This document shows, one piece after another, positions 52,312 to 61,528 of a stretch of DNA of 64,000 nucleotides. The position numbers were made by a program, and so were the translations under genes. The notes beneath the pieces were generated by a model. The model had not been told where the DNA came from, did not search any database, and saw only the letters and a program-made list of their open reading frames with translations. Position 1 is the stretch's first letter. Every line of letters begins with the position of its first letter. Source of the stretch: a virus; the IMG/VR virus record IMGVR_UViG_3300027908_000025; one strand, 5' to 3'.

Positions 52312-53124
52312 ATGGGCAGCACGAACCGCAAGGGGATAACGGCATATAAAGAGCTTGCCGAAAGGCTATGGGCGAAGGTGACGCGGGGTGGAGCCGATGA
52401 ATGCTGGCTTTGGTGTGGACGAGTAGAACACAACGGAGTTGGGGTGCTTACATCTTATCGCAATCACATAAGAGCACACAAAGCAGCGTATATGGTGACT
52501 AACAATACGGAAGTGCCAACGGGTAAGTATGTTATACAGACCTGCAACAATAGACTATGCTGTAATCCGTCCCACCTGATCTTATCTGATAAGAGAAGAC
52601 GAAACGGAGATAAAACAGAAGAAGATAGATTCTGGGGGAAGGTAAACAAAGATGGACCTATGCCTACTCCTGGCAAGTGTGATGGAAATTGTTGGGAGTG
52701 GCGGGCAAAAATCCTCCAAAGTACAGGATACGGTGAGTTTAGCGTTAGAAACGACGATGGTACTAACGGGTCAAAGTTAGCTCATCGAATGTCATATGAG
52801 CTTACCTTTGGCGAAATACCAGATGGTATGAATGTATGTCACGCGTGTGACAATAGAAAATGCCTCCGACCAGAGCACCTATTTGCCGGTACACAGAAAG
52901 AAAACGTGCAAGATGCTATCGCCAAAAATAGGTGGGCAAAAGAAAAGCCCAACCAAAAAGGTGAGAAGAGCCATAAAGCCAAACTAACCGAGGAGGAAGT
53001 TCTAGAGATAAGAAGACTGCATGCTACCGGCACAATGGGATATAGGAAGCTTTCCGCGAAGTTTGGAGTAAATACCGGCACAATACGAGCTATACTAATA
53101 AGACAGACGTGGAGACACATTTAG
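52312..53124 (+). CDS. Tandem HNH homing-endonuclease-like protein with C-terminal HTH
   Basis: Degenerate first module; intact second AHR.SY...CHACDNRKCLRPEHL..GT.KEN; KLTEEEV.EIR...FGV tail. Confidence 0.88.
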   Translation: MGSTNRKGITAYKELAERLWAKVTRGGADECWLWCGRVEHNGVGVLTSYRNHIRAHKAAYMVTNNTEVPTGKYVIQTCNNRLCCNPSHLILSDKRRRNGDKTEEDRFWGKVNKDGPMPTPGKCDGNCWEWRAKILQSTGYGEFSVRNDDGTNGSKLAHRMSYELTFGEIPDGMNVCHACDNRKCLRPEHLFAGTQKENVQDAIAKNRWAKEKPNQKGEKSHKAKLTEEEVLEIRRLHATGTMGYRKLSAKFGVNTGTIRAILIRQTWRHI

Positions 53125-53157
53125 CATCTCCACGTCTTATCTTACAGGTACGCCCTA

Positions 53158-53433
53158 TCAGTCGAGAGCTTCCTCTTCCTCGGACTCCTTGGCGTCCACC
53201 TTGTCAGCAGGAGTCTGCGTACCTTGTGGACGAGGTTCATAGAACGACTTGCGCACCTTGTGTTTCACGTACACAACGGTTTCGTCCGATTCCTCCGGAA
53301 TGTTGACCAAACAAACCAACTCGAAGTGTGCACCGAGTGGAATGTTGAACGTGATAAGTTCCCCTCTGGAACCGTTGATTACACGACCCTTAATTCGCAA
53401 TTGGGGATCATTCGTGCGATTCGGATTAGGCAT
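53158..53433 (-). CDS. Hypothetical protein
   Basis: GGAGAG RBS. Confidence 0.7.
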   Translation of the reverse strand: MPNPNRTNDPQLRIKGRVINGSRGELITFNIPLGAHFELVCLVNIPEESDETVVYVKHKVRKSFYEPRPQGTQTPADKVDAKESEEEEALD

Positions 53434-53537
53434 TTTCTTCTCTCCATGCATTCCCACATCTTGTGGGACTATCTTTCAGCAGCACCATAATTCGCAAACA
53501 TTGCTAATCGATACTGCTGTTTCCTTCGTGCTCTATT

Positions 53538-53565
53538 ACTATAAGGACGTTACATCGACTGTCAA
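53538..53565 (-). promoter_or_regulatory. sigma70-type promoter
   Basis: TTGACA-N16-TATAGT. Confidence 0.65.
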
Positions 53566-53584
53566 GATATCCAACGCGCTTTTA

Positions 53585-53833
53585 TTACGCCTTGAATGAA
53601 AACAGCTTCGCAAGCGACTTGAAGAAAAGGTCCAATCGCTCCACGTGGTTGGGGCGAATGCGCTTCGCAAGGTCCGCCATCATCCAGGGCTCGCACGCAA
53701 CGAGCTTTCCCTGCTTACGGAGGGCCTTAGATCGGACGTGGTAGTTCTTATGAGCCTCGAACAATCGAGGGTCCGCACCTGCAACAATAGCATGCTCGGC
53801 CTGAGCACGAGTCATCTTATCGATATCCTTCAT
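53585..53833 (-). CDS. Hypothetical protein
   Basis: AAGGA RBS, start MKDID. Confidence 0.65.
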   Translation of the reverse strand: MKDIDKMTRAQAEHAIVAGADPRLFEAHKNYHVRSKALRKQGKLVACEPWMMADLAKRIRPNHVERLDLFFKSLAKLFSFKA

Positions 53834-53856
53834 GGCAGTCCTTCTTTCCTTGTGTG

Positions 53857-54225
53857 TTATTCGTTGTGCAAAGCGATGGCAAAACCACCACCGAAACCAA
53901 GGACAATGATTGCGAGCATCGAACACACAGCTAGCCCGGTGTTCATGAGAGGGTAAAAAACACCATGCGCGACGAGCATCATTGCAGCCAAGATGGCAAG
54001 CAAGAAACTCTGCACTGCGATACGCTTATTCCTACTTGTGGGCTCGGACATCTTCGTTTCCTTTTGTTGTGAGACTGACTTTTGTGCTGGCTGCCTATAC
54101 GGATCTAGTTGCGGTTCTGCCACACTCATCCTGGTAGAACGGATGCCCTTACCGTTGGTGACACGGTGCAGAATGAGTATAGAGGCTCCTACAGCCATAA
54201 TTACAGCGGGCGGAATAAAGTTCAC
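53857..54225 (-). CDS. Membrane protein
   Basis: Three hydrophobic segments. Confidence 0.55.
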   Translation of the reverse strand: MNFIPPAVIMAVGASILILHRVTNGKGIRSTRMSVAEPQLDPYRQPAQKSVSQQKETKMSEPTSRNKRIAVQSFLLAILAAMMLVAHGVFYPLMNTGLAVCSMLAIIVLGFGGGFAIALHNE

Positions 54226-54468
54226 TGCTTACCCTTTTCTACTTGGTGAAAGCTGCGAGCTTATTCGTCATTCCGGGAGCATCGATCACAAATCCTCCTG
54301 CTGGCGTAGTCCTGATCGTGAGACGCGGACTGCGACCACGAATTGCAGGAGAGACTTGCAAGAGGTTATAGTAGCGACATGCAAGTTGAGCCTGCACGTC
54401 GCCACCTTCTGCCAATAGTCGCAACGTTTCGTATTGGATAACCATAACGCGCTACCTCGTTCGTTGTA

Positions 54469-54921
54469 CTACTGAAAGAGCGCAGGAATCTCTGCGAGCA
54501 TCTCCGGATGCTCGGTACGATACACGGCTCCAGATTCGGTGCGACACGGACCGAACACAGCACTATACATGCTGCCGAACTTGAGTCGGGTGGGAGGACT
54601 GTTGGCCTGGAAGGCATCGTGGCTTCCATCGTTCTTACGACCGATATACCACCTACCACCATAGACCGGCTTCTGAATCTGTCCACCCACCATCGCCTCG
54701 ACTCGACCGCGAATGTCGGACACGGTGCTGAGGATGGCATTGTAGCTCTTCGCTTCCTCACCCTCTGCGACAGCCTCCGTCTTCTGCGCCTCGACATCCA
54801 CCTTGTAGGCGTCGAGCATATCCATCACCTCGAAAAGCATCTTGGATCGAGGGCTCGTCCGAGTACGCTTCTCTGCAGTGTCGGTCGGGGTGGGATTCGT
54901 GGCGGTGTTGTCGTTGCTCAT
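54469..54921 (-). CDS. GC-rich hypothetical protein
   Basis: Start MSND; WYIG...F....PT...G..Y.AVFGP.RT motif; GC-richer than flanks. Confidence 0.8.
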   Translation of the reverse strand: MSNDNTATNPTPTDTAEKRTRTSPRSKMLFEVMDMLDAYKVDVEAQKTEAVAEGEEAKSYNAILSTVSDIRGRVEAMVGGQIQKPVYGGRWYIGRKNDGSHDAFQANSPPTRLKFGSMYSAVFGPCRTESGAVYRTEHPEMLAEIPALFQ

Positions 54922-55442
54922 GACTTTCTTTCTCCGGTTTCTTTCCGCGCTGTGAGATTACAGCGCTATCACGTTTCGCGTTTTCACACTTACCAGTGTT
55001 TTACTTGGCCTTCAGCTTGAGGATACCCAGGAAGAACACTCCAACAAGTAGCAGAAAGCCCCACGAAACGGTAGCTCCTACAACAGAGAAAGCAGTTGCC
55101 TGCAGGGCACCGACGTGCCAGCAAAGAGCGATCACGCCAAAGAGGGCCAAGACGATAAAAAGTGCTTTCACGTTGATTCTCCAGTTTTTTGAGAGCGATG
55201 CTGCCCTCGACACTCAATAGTGTAATGATCGGTTTTGGCTTGGCAAGGGCTAACATCCACTTTGATCACACCCTCTCGACCCAAACAATAGAGCGACAGT
55301 CGAAACTTCCAACGATCTTGCCGTGCTTGCTGGTAAACGCAATCATATCGCCCCTGCGTCCAGTGACACGATAGACCTTGCATCCTTTTTGGAAACGGAA
55401 TCGCTGTCCCACATCTAGGTGGGATGAGTTCACTTACAGACT

Positions 55443-55730
55443 CTAACGCTTGTAGTTAAAGCGAATGTATGACAGTACCTGACTAGCAGTGATCTTGATC
55501 GTAAAGCCTCCGTGCATTTCCGAATAGAACAGAGCGAAGAATTCAGGTGTCGCAGTCTTGTCCACATACGGAACTCTGCTCACCTGCACAATGAACTTGT
55601 GGCGTTGATTCGTCAGACACGAGATTCCTCCCACATGCTGTCTCGTGATGCTTCCGCCTCGGCTTACACGGCGCCAAGCTTCTCGTCTGTTTTTCGGTTC
55701 GGGTGTCATCTGTTTTTCTTCCCCATACAC
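55443..55730 (-). CDS. Hypothetical protein
   Basis: ORF in array. Confidence 0.55.
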   Translation of the reverse strand: MYGEEKQMTPEPKNRREAWRRVSRGGSITRQHVGGISCLTNQRHKFIVQVSRVPYVDKTATPEFFALFYSEMHGGFTIKITASQVLSYIRFNYKR

Positions 55731-55763
55731 TTACAATGCCTTTGCCGTTAGCGAATAGAAACA

Positions 55764-55988
55764 CTACTTCGACTCCTTGGTACCATAACGCTGGGAGATA
55801 TAGCTAGAGAACTTAGTATGTATCAGTGAGATATCCACTGACTCAGTAATATGCTCATCGATAATCTCCCTTTCCTTCTTATCGAGGTCGGAGATAGCAT
55901 CAACTTCTGCGAGCATTTCTACTGCGCCTTGTATCGTATTGATTGCGTCTACCTTTTCAAGCAGCGCAAAGAAGTCATCTATCTCCAT
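55764..55988 (-). CDS. Small acidic protein
   Basis: ORF in array. Confidence 0.6.
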   Translation of the reverse strand: MEIDDFFALLEKVDAINTIQGAVEMLAEVDAISDLDKKEREIIDEHITESVDISLIHTKFSSYISQRYGTKESK

Positions 55989-55991
55989 ATG

Positions 55992-56264
55992 CTACCGGCT
56001 CTTCTGGAAGATGCCACGCTTACTTCGGCGCGGGCGCAATTCATATGCAGCAGCGATGTGGCGCTTTGCCCACAGTACAATAGTTGCAGCTCGACCAGAA
56101 GAAAACCCGTAGGCTTCTAGGGAGCGCTGCACACTTGTCTCAGGCATATCATCGCTATGTAGCACACTAACAGTCCAACAGATCGCGTTCTCCACTGATA
56201 GCCGAGGAAAGCTCATGGTTCTATCATTAGGCCGCTGCTTGATGCTGTCAAGCGCAAGATGCAT
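55992..56264 (-). CDS. Hypothetical protein
   Basis: ORF in array; start likely internal. Confidence 0.45.
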   Translation of the reverse strand: MHLALDSIKQRPNDRTMSFPRLSVENAICWTVSVLHSDDMPETSVQRSLEAYGFSSGRAATIVLWAKRHIAAAYELRPRRSKRGIFQKSR

Positions 56265-56292
56265 AATAAGTCATTGTTGACAAGGAGACAAC

Positions 56293-56484
56293 ATGTCGTT
56301 ATCTACATCTCAAGTTATAGCAGTCGCATCATCTATATGTTCAGGGGTAGCAATTATTGTGGGAGACCTCTCACAGGCAGCACTAGTTCCATCCCACGTA
56401 GTAGCAGTAGTTCTCGCTGTTACATCAGCAATCGCGACCGTAATTTCTACGGTAACAGCGGTTGAGACTGAAACAAAGTCGTAG
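56293..56484 (+). CDS. Small 2-TM (holin-like) protein on the plus strand
   Basis: Strong AAGGAG RBS; possible promoter TTGATG-N17-CATAAT at 56239-56267; two hydrophobic segments. Confidence 0.65.
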   Translation: MSLSTSQVIAVASSICSGVAIIVGDLSQAALVPSHVVAVVLAVTSAIATVISTVTAVETETKS

Positions 56485-56505
56485 GCTATCCTACATATTG
56501 CGGAC

Positions 56506-56537
56506 AAGAAAAAAGCCAGAGACTTTTGGTCCCTGGC
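56506..56537 (-). terminator. Rho-independent terminator
   Basis: GCCAGGGAC-CAAAA-GTCTCTGGC-TTTTTT. Confidence 0.75.
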
Positions 56538-56570
56538 CTCTTCCTCCATCACTTGCAGCTACCAAAACTC

Positions 56571-56599
56571 AATCTAGGGCTCTGCGTGCGGCTTGTCAA
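56571..56599 (-). promoter_or_regulatory. sigma70-type promoter
   Basis: TTGACA-N17-TAGATT. Confidence 0.65.
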
Positions 56600-56782
56600 G
56601 TGGGCAGAAGCCGAGACTCGTAGAGCCAGTATTCCTTACACAGTTCGGCCTCATACTTACATGCAGCATCGGCATCTTCTTTGGCAGGATACTCACAACG
56701 GTTATCATAGCTATCTGTTAGCCAGCCTGGATCACCAACCTTATTGGTTTCCGTAGGTTCAGCCCATACGCCCCATCTCATC

Positions 56783-56983
56783 TCACTCTCCCGCAATCTT
56801 CTTGATGACAGTGCTCCATGTGGGATGCAGCATTGCAAGCGCGAACTTGCCAGGCATCTCCCTCTTCACCACATCAAAGATGCGGCGGACTTCTGCCTTG
56901 ACACCTTCACGAATCATCCCAGCAATACAGTCCTTTGGCATATGGTCGTTATGTCGCCCACAGATAACGCAATGTTCCATCAT
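56783..56983 (-). CDS. Small protein with CxxC-H-H-C Zn knuckle
   Basis: CVICGRHNDHMPKDC. Confidence 0.55.
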   Translation of the reverse strand: MMEHCVICGRHNDHMPKDCIAGMIREGVKAEVRRIFDVVKREMPGKFALAMLHPTWSTVIKKIAGE

Positions 56984-57162
56984 CCATCCTCACGCCTTGG
57001 GAGGCGCTTTCGTGTAGGTCGCCTGCTTACAGGTTTCTTCTTACGCGGCTTATCGCTCAACCGTGGATCATTGAATCTATGTGGGCGATAGCCTGTTCCA
57101 TCGCAATGGTCGCAGATTGGTCGCCCGGGCACTTTGAGTAGCAGCATGTTCACCTTTACGTT

Positions 57163-57402
57163 TCATGGCAGCACCATAGCAGCGTATGCCCCAACCGCAT
57201 ACCCCAGCACAAACGCCGGAGCAATACGCCAGTTCTTGGTAGACTCTCCCACACCAATAATGATTGTGAGAGCTTGCAGGCCGGAGATTAATGCTGTATT
57301 GATTGCGGCACCGCTTGTAGCTTGATGTACCCAAACAACCGCCAGCGCTTCGTAGAGAGCGCCTGACACAAAGACGGAAATGAATCTGAGCGCGGTTTTC
57401 AT
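57163..57402 (-). CDS. Small 3-TM membrane protein
   Basis: Ends FVLGYAVGAYAAM; start codon lies in the last stem of the RNA array. Confidence 0.7.
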   Translation of the reverse strand: MKTALRFISVFVSGALYEALAVVWVHQATSGAAINTALISGLQALTIIIGVGESTKNWRIAPAFVLGYAVGAYAAMVLP

Positions 57403-58027
57403 ATGCTGTGAGGAGTCTCCCACCAGTGTTATCCTCGCAACTTATCGCCCTGGGCACTAATCGATATTGTTGCGCAGTTTTCCGGTGCGGAGACTCCTCA
57501 CAACACAAGAGCTTATATGCTTTGTACTGCACCCGCCCGAGTCCAGCGCAATACCAGTGGCGTCACATAGGCTTTTTCAGGGCCAGTACACGGGCATGGT
57601 ATATGTTGTTGGAGCTTAGACGAATGCAGTACAAAACATACTAGCTTATATGCTCTAAACTACATTCGCCCGTGGTACATCATTTATGCAGGGCGTCTCG
57701 CACGATCGAGGGCCCGATTGCTGCTTTTTGTCACACAGTACCGCATTACGCCTAAGCGTGTTGCAGATAGAGGAGACAATTGTCGCTGTACTTTAGACGA
57801 ATGCAGTTCAGAACACAAAAGCTTATACGCTCTATACTACGTTCGCCCGTAAGTTGGAGCCGAAGGAGGCGTTCGGAGAATCGGTTTGCGCGCCCGATTA
57901 CAATCAACTCCTATTTGGACATAACTTGGAGGGCAGCGGCAAAAAGCCGCTGGTAGTCTCGGTGTACGCCAAAAGTGCACACGTCAGGCTATTGACTCTT
58001 AGACGAACGTAGTACAGAACGCATAAG
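57398..58027 (-). ncRNA. Array of four abutting long-stem RNA domains
   Basis: 27-nt arm pairs 58001-58027/57822-57848, 57795-57821/57645-57671, 57618-57644/57512-57538; related stem 57483-57511/57398-57426; mismatches resolve as G-U only on the minus strand. Confidence 0.8.
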
Positions 58028-58123
58028 ATTGCTCGTTTAGTGTGAAGTGTCCTGGTTCCTCTATGCGTCCATTTTGGATGGGAGGATCCGACTCTTACTC
58101 TTTGGAGCTACCTTATGTGTTCC

Positions 58124-58240
58124 GATCAGAAGGCGATTGCCTTGACAGGTCGGGTGAGGTGGGTGGTCTCGGCGAGAGGTTCCGTCCAACCTTTTTAGGT
58201 ACCGACTTCTGATCGCAACACACAAGTTATTGTGTTGCGG
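58124..58240 (-). ncRNA. Upstream hairpins, probably part of the same long non-coding transcript
   Basis: GATCAGAAG/CTTCTGATC long stem 58124-58214; CGCAACACA/TGTGTTGCG hairpin ~58214-58239. Confidence 0.5.
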
Positions 58241-58350
58241 GACGATCATCATATCCTGCCGTAAAGGCATCTAGTTATCGTCTTGCTCCTCTAACATTGC
58301 AACGGCCCAGTGGCTCGTCAAGGGGTCATTGCTGGCACGAGGATGCTTCT

Positions 58351-58566
58351 TTACGGATTGCGCCAGTAGCGCTTGTCCTCTGACCGCTTCCAAACGAAAC
58401 CGCATCCATAGCACGTTCCTTTCTCAAAAGGCCTTGTGGATCCCCATTCCTGTCCATTGCATGTAGGACATCGAAATCGTTTCGCACGAAGAGGAGGTGC
58501 TTTCCATACCTTGTATAATAGGTAGGACACAATCGCAAATAGTGTTAGGCACCACATATACAGCAT
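58351..58566 (-). CDS. TM plus Zn-ribbon protein
   Basis: CPTC...CYGC. Confidence 0.55.
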   Translation of the reverse strand: MLYMWCLTLFAIVSYLLYKVWKAPPLRAKRFRCPTCNGQEWGSTRPFEKGTCYGCGFVWKRSEDKRYWRNP

Positions 58567-58956
58567 GATTACTTATCCAACCACCTTTCGGTCTTGAGAC
58601 AGAGCTGAGCACACATTGTCGCACCAATAGCACGAAAGAGCGCAGCTGCTCGGCGCATATCACTCTTCTTTGGATTGGGCGGAAGGAGGATGTTGTAGCA
58701 GAACCGGAGATTGCTCCGCACAACTTCTGGTTTCATTTCGGCTGTTGCCATCTTTTAGCTCACAATGCAATTGATTAGCAGACAAAGTAAGTACATCGCC
58801 AAGGCGAGTCCGCAAAAAAGAGACCATATCGTCAAAGCAGTTGGCTATGTTGGTAAAGAGGTTGTAATGTCCTACAAGGTTATAGCTACAACGATCCAAC
58901 ATAGAAGGCTGATAGCCCTTCGGCTGCACGTAGGCATTTGTCCTATAGACCATTAT

Positions 58957-59235
58957 TCACTTCCCACAGGTGTGTCGTAGCGCGCCAACTTCGCTGCAGC
59001 CAAGACAATCATCGCTGCTATCATATCCCATCTCGCACATAGCAAAGAGTCTGATAAACTCTCTGTCATTCTGCCAATCACAGGGCAGCGATAGTAACAT
59101 ATCTTTAGCTTCGATAAGCTTACCATCATCGATAAGGTTTGCTATTCGCCTTTCCGCCTCCAAGAAAGCATCGGGCTCAAAACGAATATAAAGCCTACCT
59201 CCAAAGATACGATACCATCGTTGCCAGAATTTCAT
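58957..59235 (-). CDS. Hypothetical protein
   Basis: TAATG overlap. Confidence 0.55.
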   Translation of the reverse strand: MKFWQRWYRIFGGRLYIRFEPDAFLEAERRIANLIDDGKLIEAKDMLLSLPCDWQNDREFIRLFAMCEMGYDSSDDCLGCSEVGALRHTCGK

Positions 59236-59828
59236 TACTCTTCCCCACCCGCTCTGAGACCGAGTTCAGCACATGTACCACACTTTGGTCCAAATGGACA
59301 CTTATCCGTCGCAGGAGCTGCAACAAGCATGTAGGGTAGTGTATCATGTTCCTTGGCATGACCCTGTGTGTGCTCAGAGCGCAGGAGTCCACACCAACAC
59401 CGCTCGTTAGGAAGTTCTGCCGTACACTTTGTGCGTGAATGCTCCTGCCAGTACCAAGAGATTACATTCACACCGACAGGAATCTCTTTGAGACCACAAC
59501 TGCATTGTTCAGCTTTAGTGCGATCTTTATCGGCATTAGTTCTGAGCTGTAAGTCCTTTGCACGTAGTTTAGCACACTCTGGACACACATTGGGATCACA
59601 GTGTTCTGGGTGCACGCCATAGCTATCGCGTGCAGCACTATATCCTGCCATAAAAGCATCTAGACATACTGCAGTGGTAGAGGAGTTCACTCCGTACAGT
59701 TTACCACCAGCAAACATAATACCACGTGCTACACGGTTGCGAAGCTCAGGCTTACCGAAATGTGCGACAAGCGCTCTGAATAACGCTTCCTTTTCCTCTT
59801 CACTGAGTGAATCGATATTGTGGTACAT
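59235..59828 (-). CDS. Cys/His-rich multi-Zn-knuckle protein
   Basis: AAGGA RBS; repeated C.CG...H...C. Confidence 0.65.
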   Translation of the reverse strand: MYHNIDSLSEEEKEALFRALVAHFGKPELRNRVARGIMFAGGKLYGVNSSTTAVCLDAFMAGYSAARDSYGVHPEHCDPNVCPECAKLRAKDLQLRTNADKDRTKAEQCSCGLKEIPVGVNVISWYWQEHSRTKCTAELPNERCWCGLLRSEHTQGHAKEHDTLPYMLVAAPATDKCPFGPKCGTCAELGLRAGGEE

Positions 59829-59831
59829 GGT

Positions 59832-60230
59832 TTATCCTTGTTGTTTTGGTATCGGCAAAAAGGCATATGTACTCTCATGGTCTTCACCAACAGTGCAGTG
59901 GCACACAACAAACTCCCTGCATCCTGGAATCGTCTTACGTATTCGCTTGTGGTCGCTGTGAATCCAATCCCACTCAGCTGGCCCATAGGAGCGCGGTGGG
60001 AACTCTATGGTATGAATGTGCGTTTTGTTTAGCATGATGATATGCTGTGGGACAACATCAGGAACATCTTCGAAAGTAAGGAACACCCCATCCTTCCACT
60101 CCGGATCCGTTGTAGGGTTTTTACCTGCAGTATATAGCTTGTATGCAGCATCCCACAACGTACTACCTTCAACAATACGAATCTTGGGCGTCTCGTTGAA
60201 CGGGGCGCTTTTCAGCACACGTACTTTCAT
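59832..60230 (-). CDS. Hypothetical protein
   Basis: TAATG overlap. Confidence 0.65.
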   Translation of the reverse strand: MKVRVLKSAPFNETPKIRIVEGSTLWDAAYKLYTAGKNPTTDPEWKDGVFLTFEDVPDVVPQHIIMLNKTHIHTIEFPPRSYGPAEWDWIHSDHKRIRKTIPGCREFVVCHCTVGEDHESTYAFLPIPKQQG

Positions 60231-60499
60231 TATCCCACATACTCCATGATATCGTTTGATAGATGGTCGAAGGTAGCAGGAGCTGCATTAGCAGCCCAGC
60301 ATGATTCGAGCATCTCGCACTCGGTGTGCTGCAAGCGCACACAGATCTTTTCGCTAGGACTACGACCTTTATTTTTGGGCGCAAGCTTCTCATGCACCTT
60401 GGCTCGCAATGTAAGCATGCTTTCGGGAGCTGCAAGAGCTTTCGGCACGCCGTAGCACTTGACCACATCACCATTGACCAGGACAATTAGAAGATGCAT
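60230..60499 (-). CDS. Hypothetical protein
   Basis: GAGGA RBS. Confidence 0.6.
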   Translation of the reverse strand: MHLLIVLVNGDVVKCYGVPKALAAPESMLTLRAKVHEKLAPKNKGRSPSEKICVRLQHTECEMLESCWAANAAPATFDHLSNDIMEYVG

Positions 60500-60501
60500 T
60501 A

Positions 60502-60810
60502 CTATTCCTCGTACTCGTGTTCACAGCCATTGGTGGCCGATTTTGGATTCTTGATGTGAATTCTGCACTTTATACAAAGCCTCTTATCCACTACGACCTT
60601 TGGCTTCGGCTTCTCGACCTTGACAAAGAACTCATGTCGGAGGCCGTAGGTACATGTAGCTTTGTCGTCGCTCATGTGTGCATAGCAGAAGATGCAAAAC
60701 CCCGGTGTACCAACTACCTCGACGATAGGAACAAACTCCTTGTATGCCGGAGGGATTCTATTTTCGAAGGCGTGTATCTTCTCAAGTATCTCTGCGTGCT
60801 TCTTTGACAC
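60502..60810 (-). CDS. Double Zn-knuckle protein
   Basis: CIFC...C...HEF; CIKC...CEHEY. Confidence 0.65.
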   Translation of the reverse strand: MSKKHAEILEKIHAFENRIPPAYKEFVPIVEVVGTPGFCIFCYAHMSDDKATCTYGLRHEFFVKVEKPKPKVVVDKRLCIKCRIHIKNPKSATNGCEHEYEE

Positions 60811-60819
60811 AACTACACC

Positions 60820-61101
60820 TCATCGAATGGAAGAAGAGCCCCGCTGGGGACCCACAGTGTGGTCGCAATGATGACACTTGAGTTTACTCTCCAGTCTAGA
60901 CCACGTTTGAATAGTCTTAGCTGGAATAAGATACCTGCCAAGGACTTCGTACTCGTGCTCCTTGGTGGGAGAGTTCTTACACTGTCGCTCTGAACGAGAC
61001 AGAAGAGTTCTGTCTTCTATCTTACCGACGAAGACACCGAGCAGAGCTGCTAGAAACTTATTCATGGCGCTGCATCCTCTTTGTCGGAAGGTACAGCACA
61101 T
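60820..61101 (-). CDS. Zn-binding protein
   Basis: C...HEY...CHHCDH. Confidence 0.5.
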   Translation of the reverse strand: MCCTFRQRGCSAMNKFLAALLGVFVGKIEDRTLLSRSERQCKNSPTKEHEYEVLGRYLIPAKTIQTWSRLESKLKCHHCDHTVGPQRGSSSIR

Positions 61102-61340
61102 CGAATCACATACGACATCATGCCATGCTCGTGGAAGGCAAAGTCGTTTGTTGCAACACCATCGGCATTCTCTAGCACGCTGTATGGAACATCCTTACAA
61201 GCCAAGGTCGACTGTCGAAAACAATCCGCCTTGGTATGACAGGAGATGATTGCGCCATTTGACATGTCAGGAAGTTTGACGACGGTATAGCTACCACTAC
61301 ATGCGCACATGAGCGCACACATGAGAATTAGGGTCTTCAT
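61062..61340 (-). CDS. Lipoprotein, family of 68-472
   Basis: Lipobox MCAC; C....DC......C...Y. Confidence 0.7.
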   Translation of the reverse strand: MKTLILMCALMCACSGSYTVVKLPDMSNGAIISCHTKADCFRQSTLACKDVPYSVLENADGVATNDFAFHEHGMMSYVIRCAVPSDKEDAAP

Positions 61341-61528
61341 TGTATTGTCCTCAACCCGGAACTTCGCTATTATCTACTAGTCTTGCACACACGTACATCG
61401 AATCTTTCGAACGAGGTACATATAGCTTCTCACCGTCGAACAGTGTATCACCAATGGCTGCGAGCGCGTCAGTTTCATAGACACGCACAACATTGCCGTT
61501 TACGTCTTTGATTTCTATGACGTGCATG

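Noticed and set aside
9848-53124. Group I introns hosting the three endonuclease genes
   Set aside because: Genes are antiparallel to their neighbours, no interrupted exon pair is evident, and I found no P/Q/R/S core
57398-58027. CRISPR array interpretation
   Set aside because: Repeat ~54 nt and degenerate, spacers ~75-150 nt and unequal, no cas genes, and pairing runs across spacers
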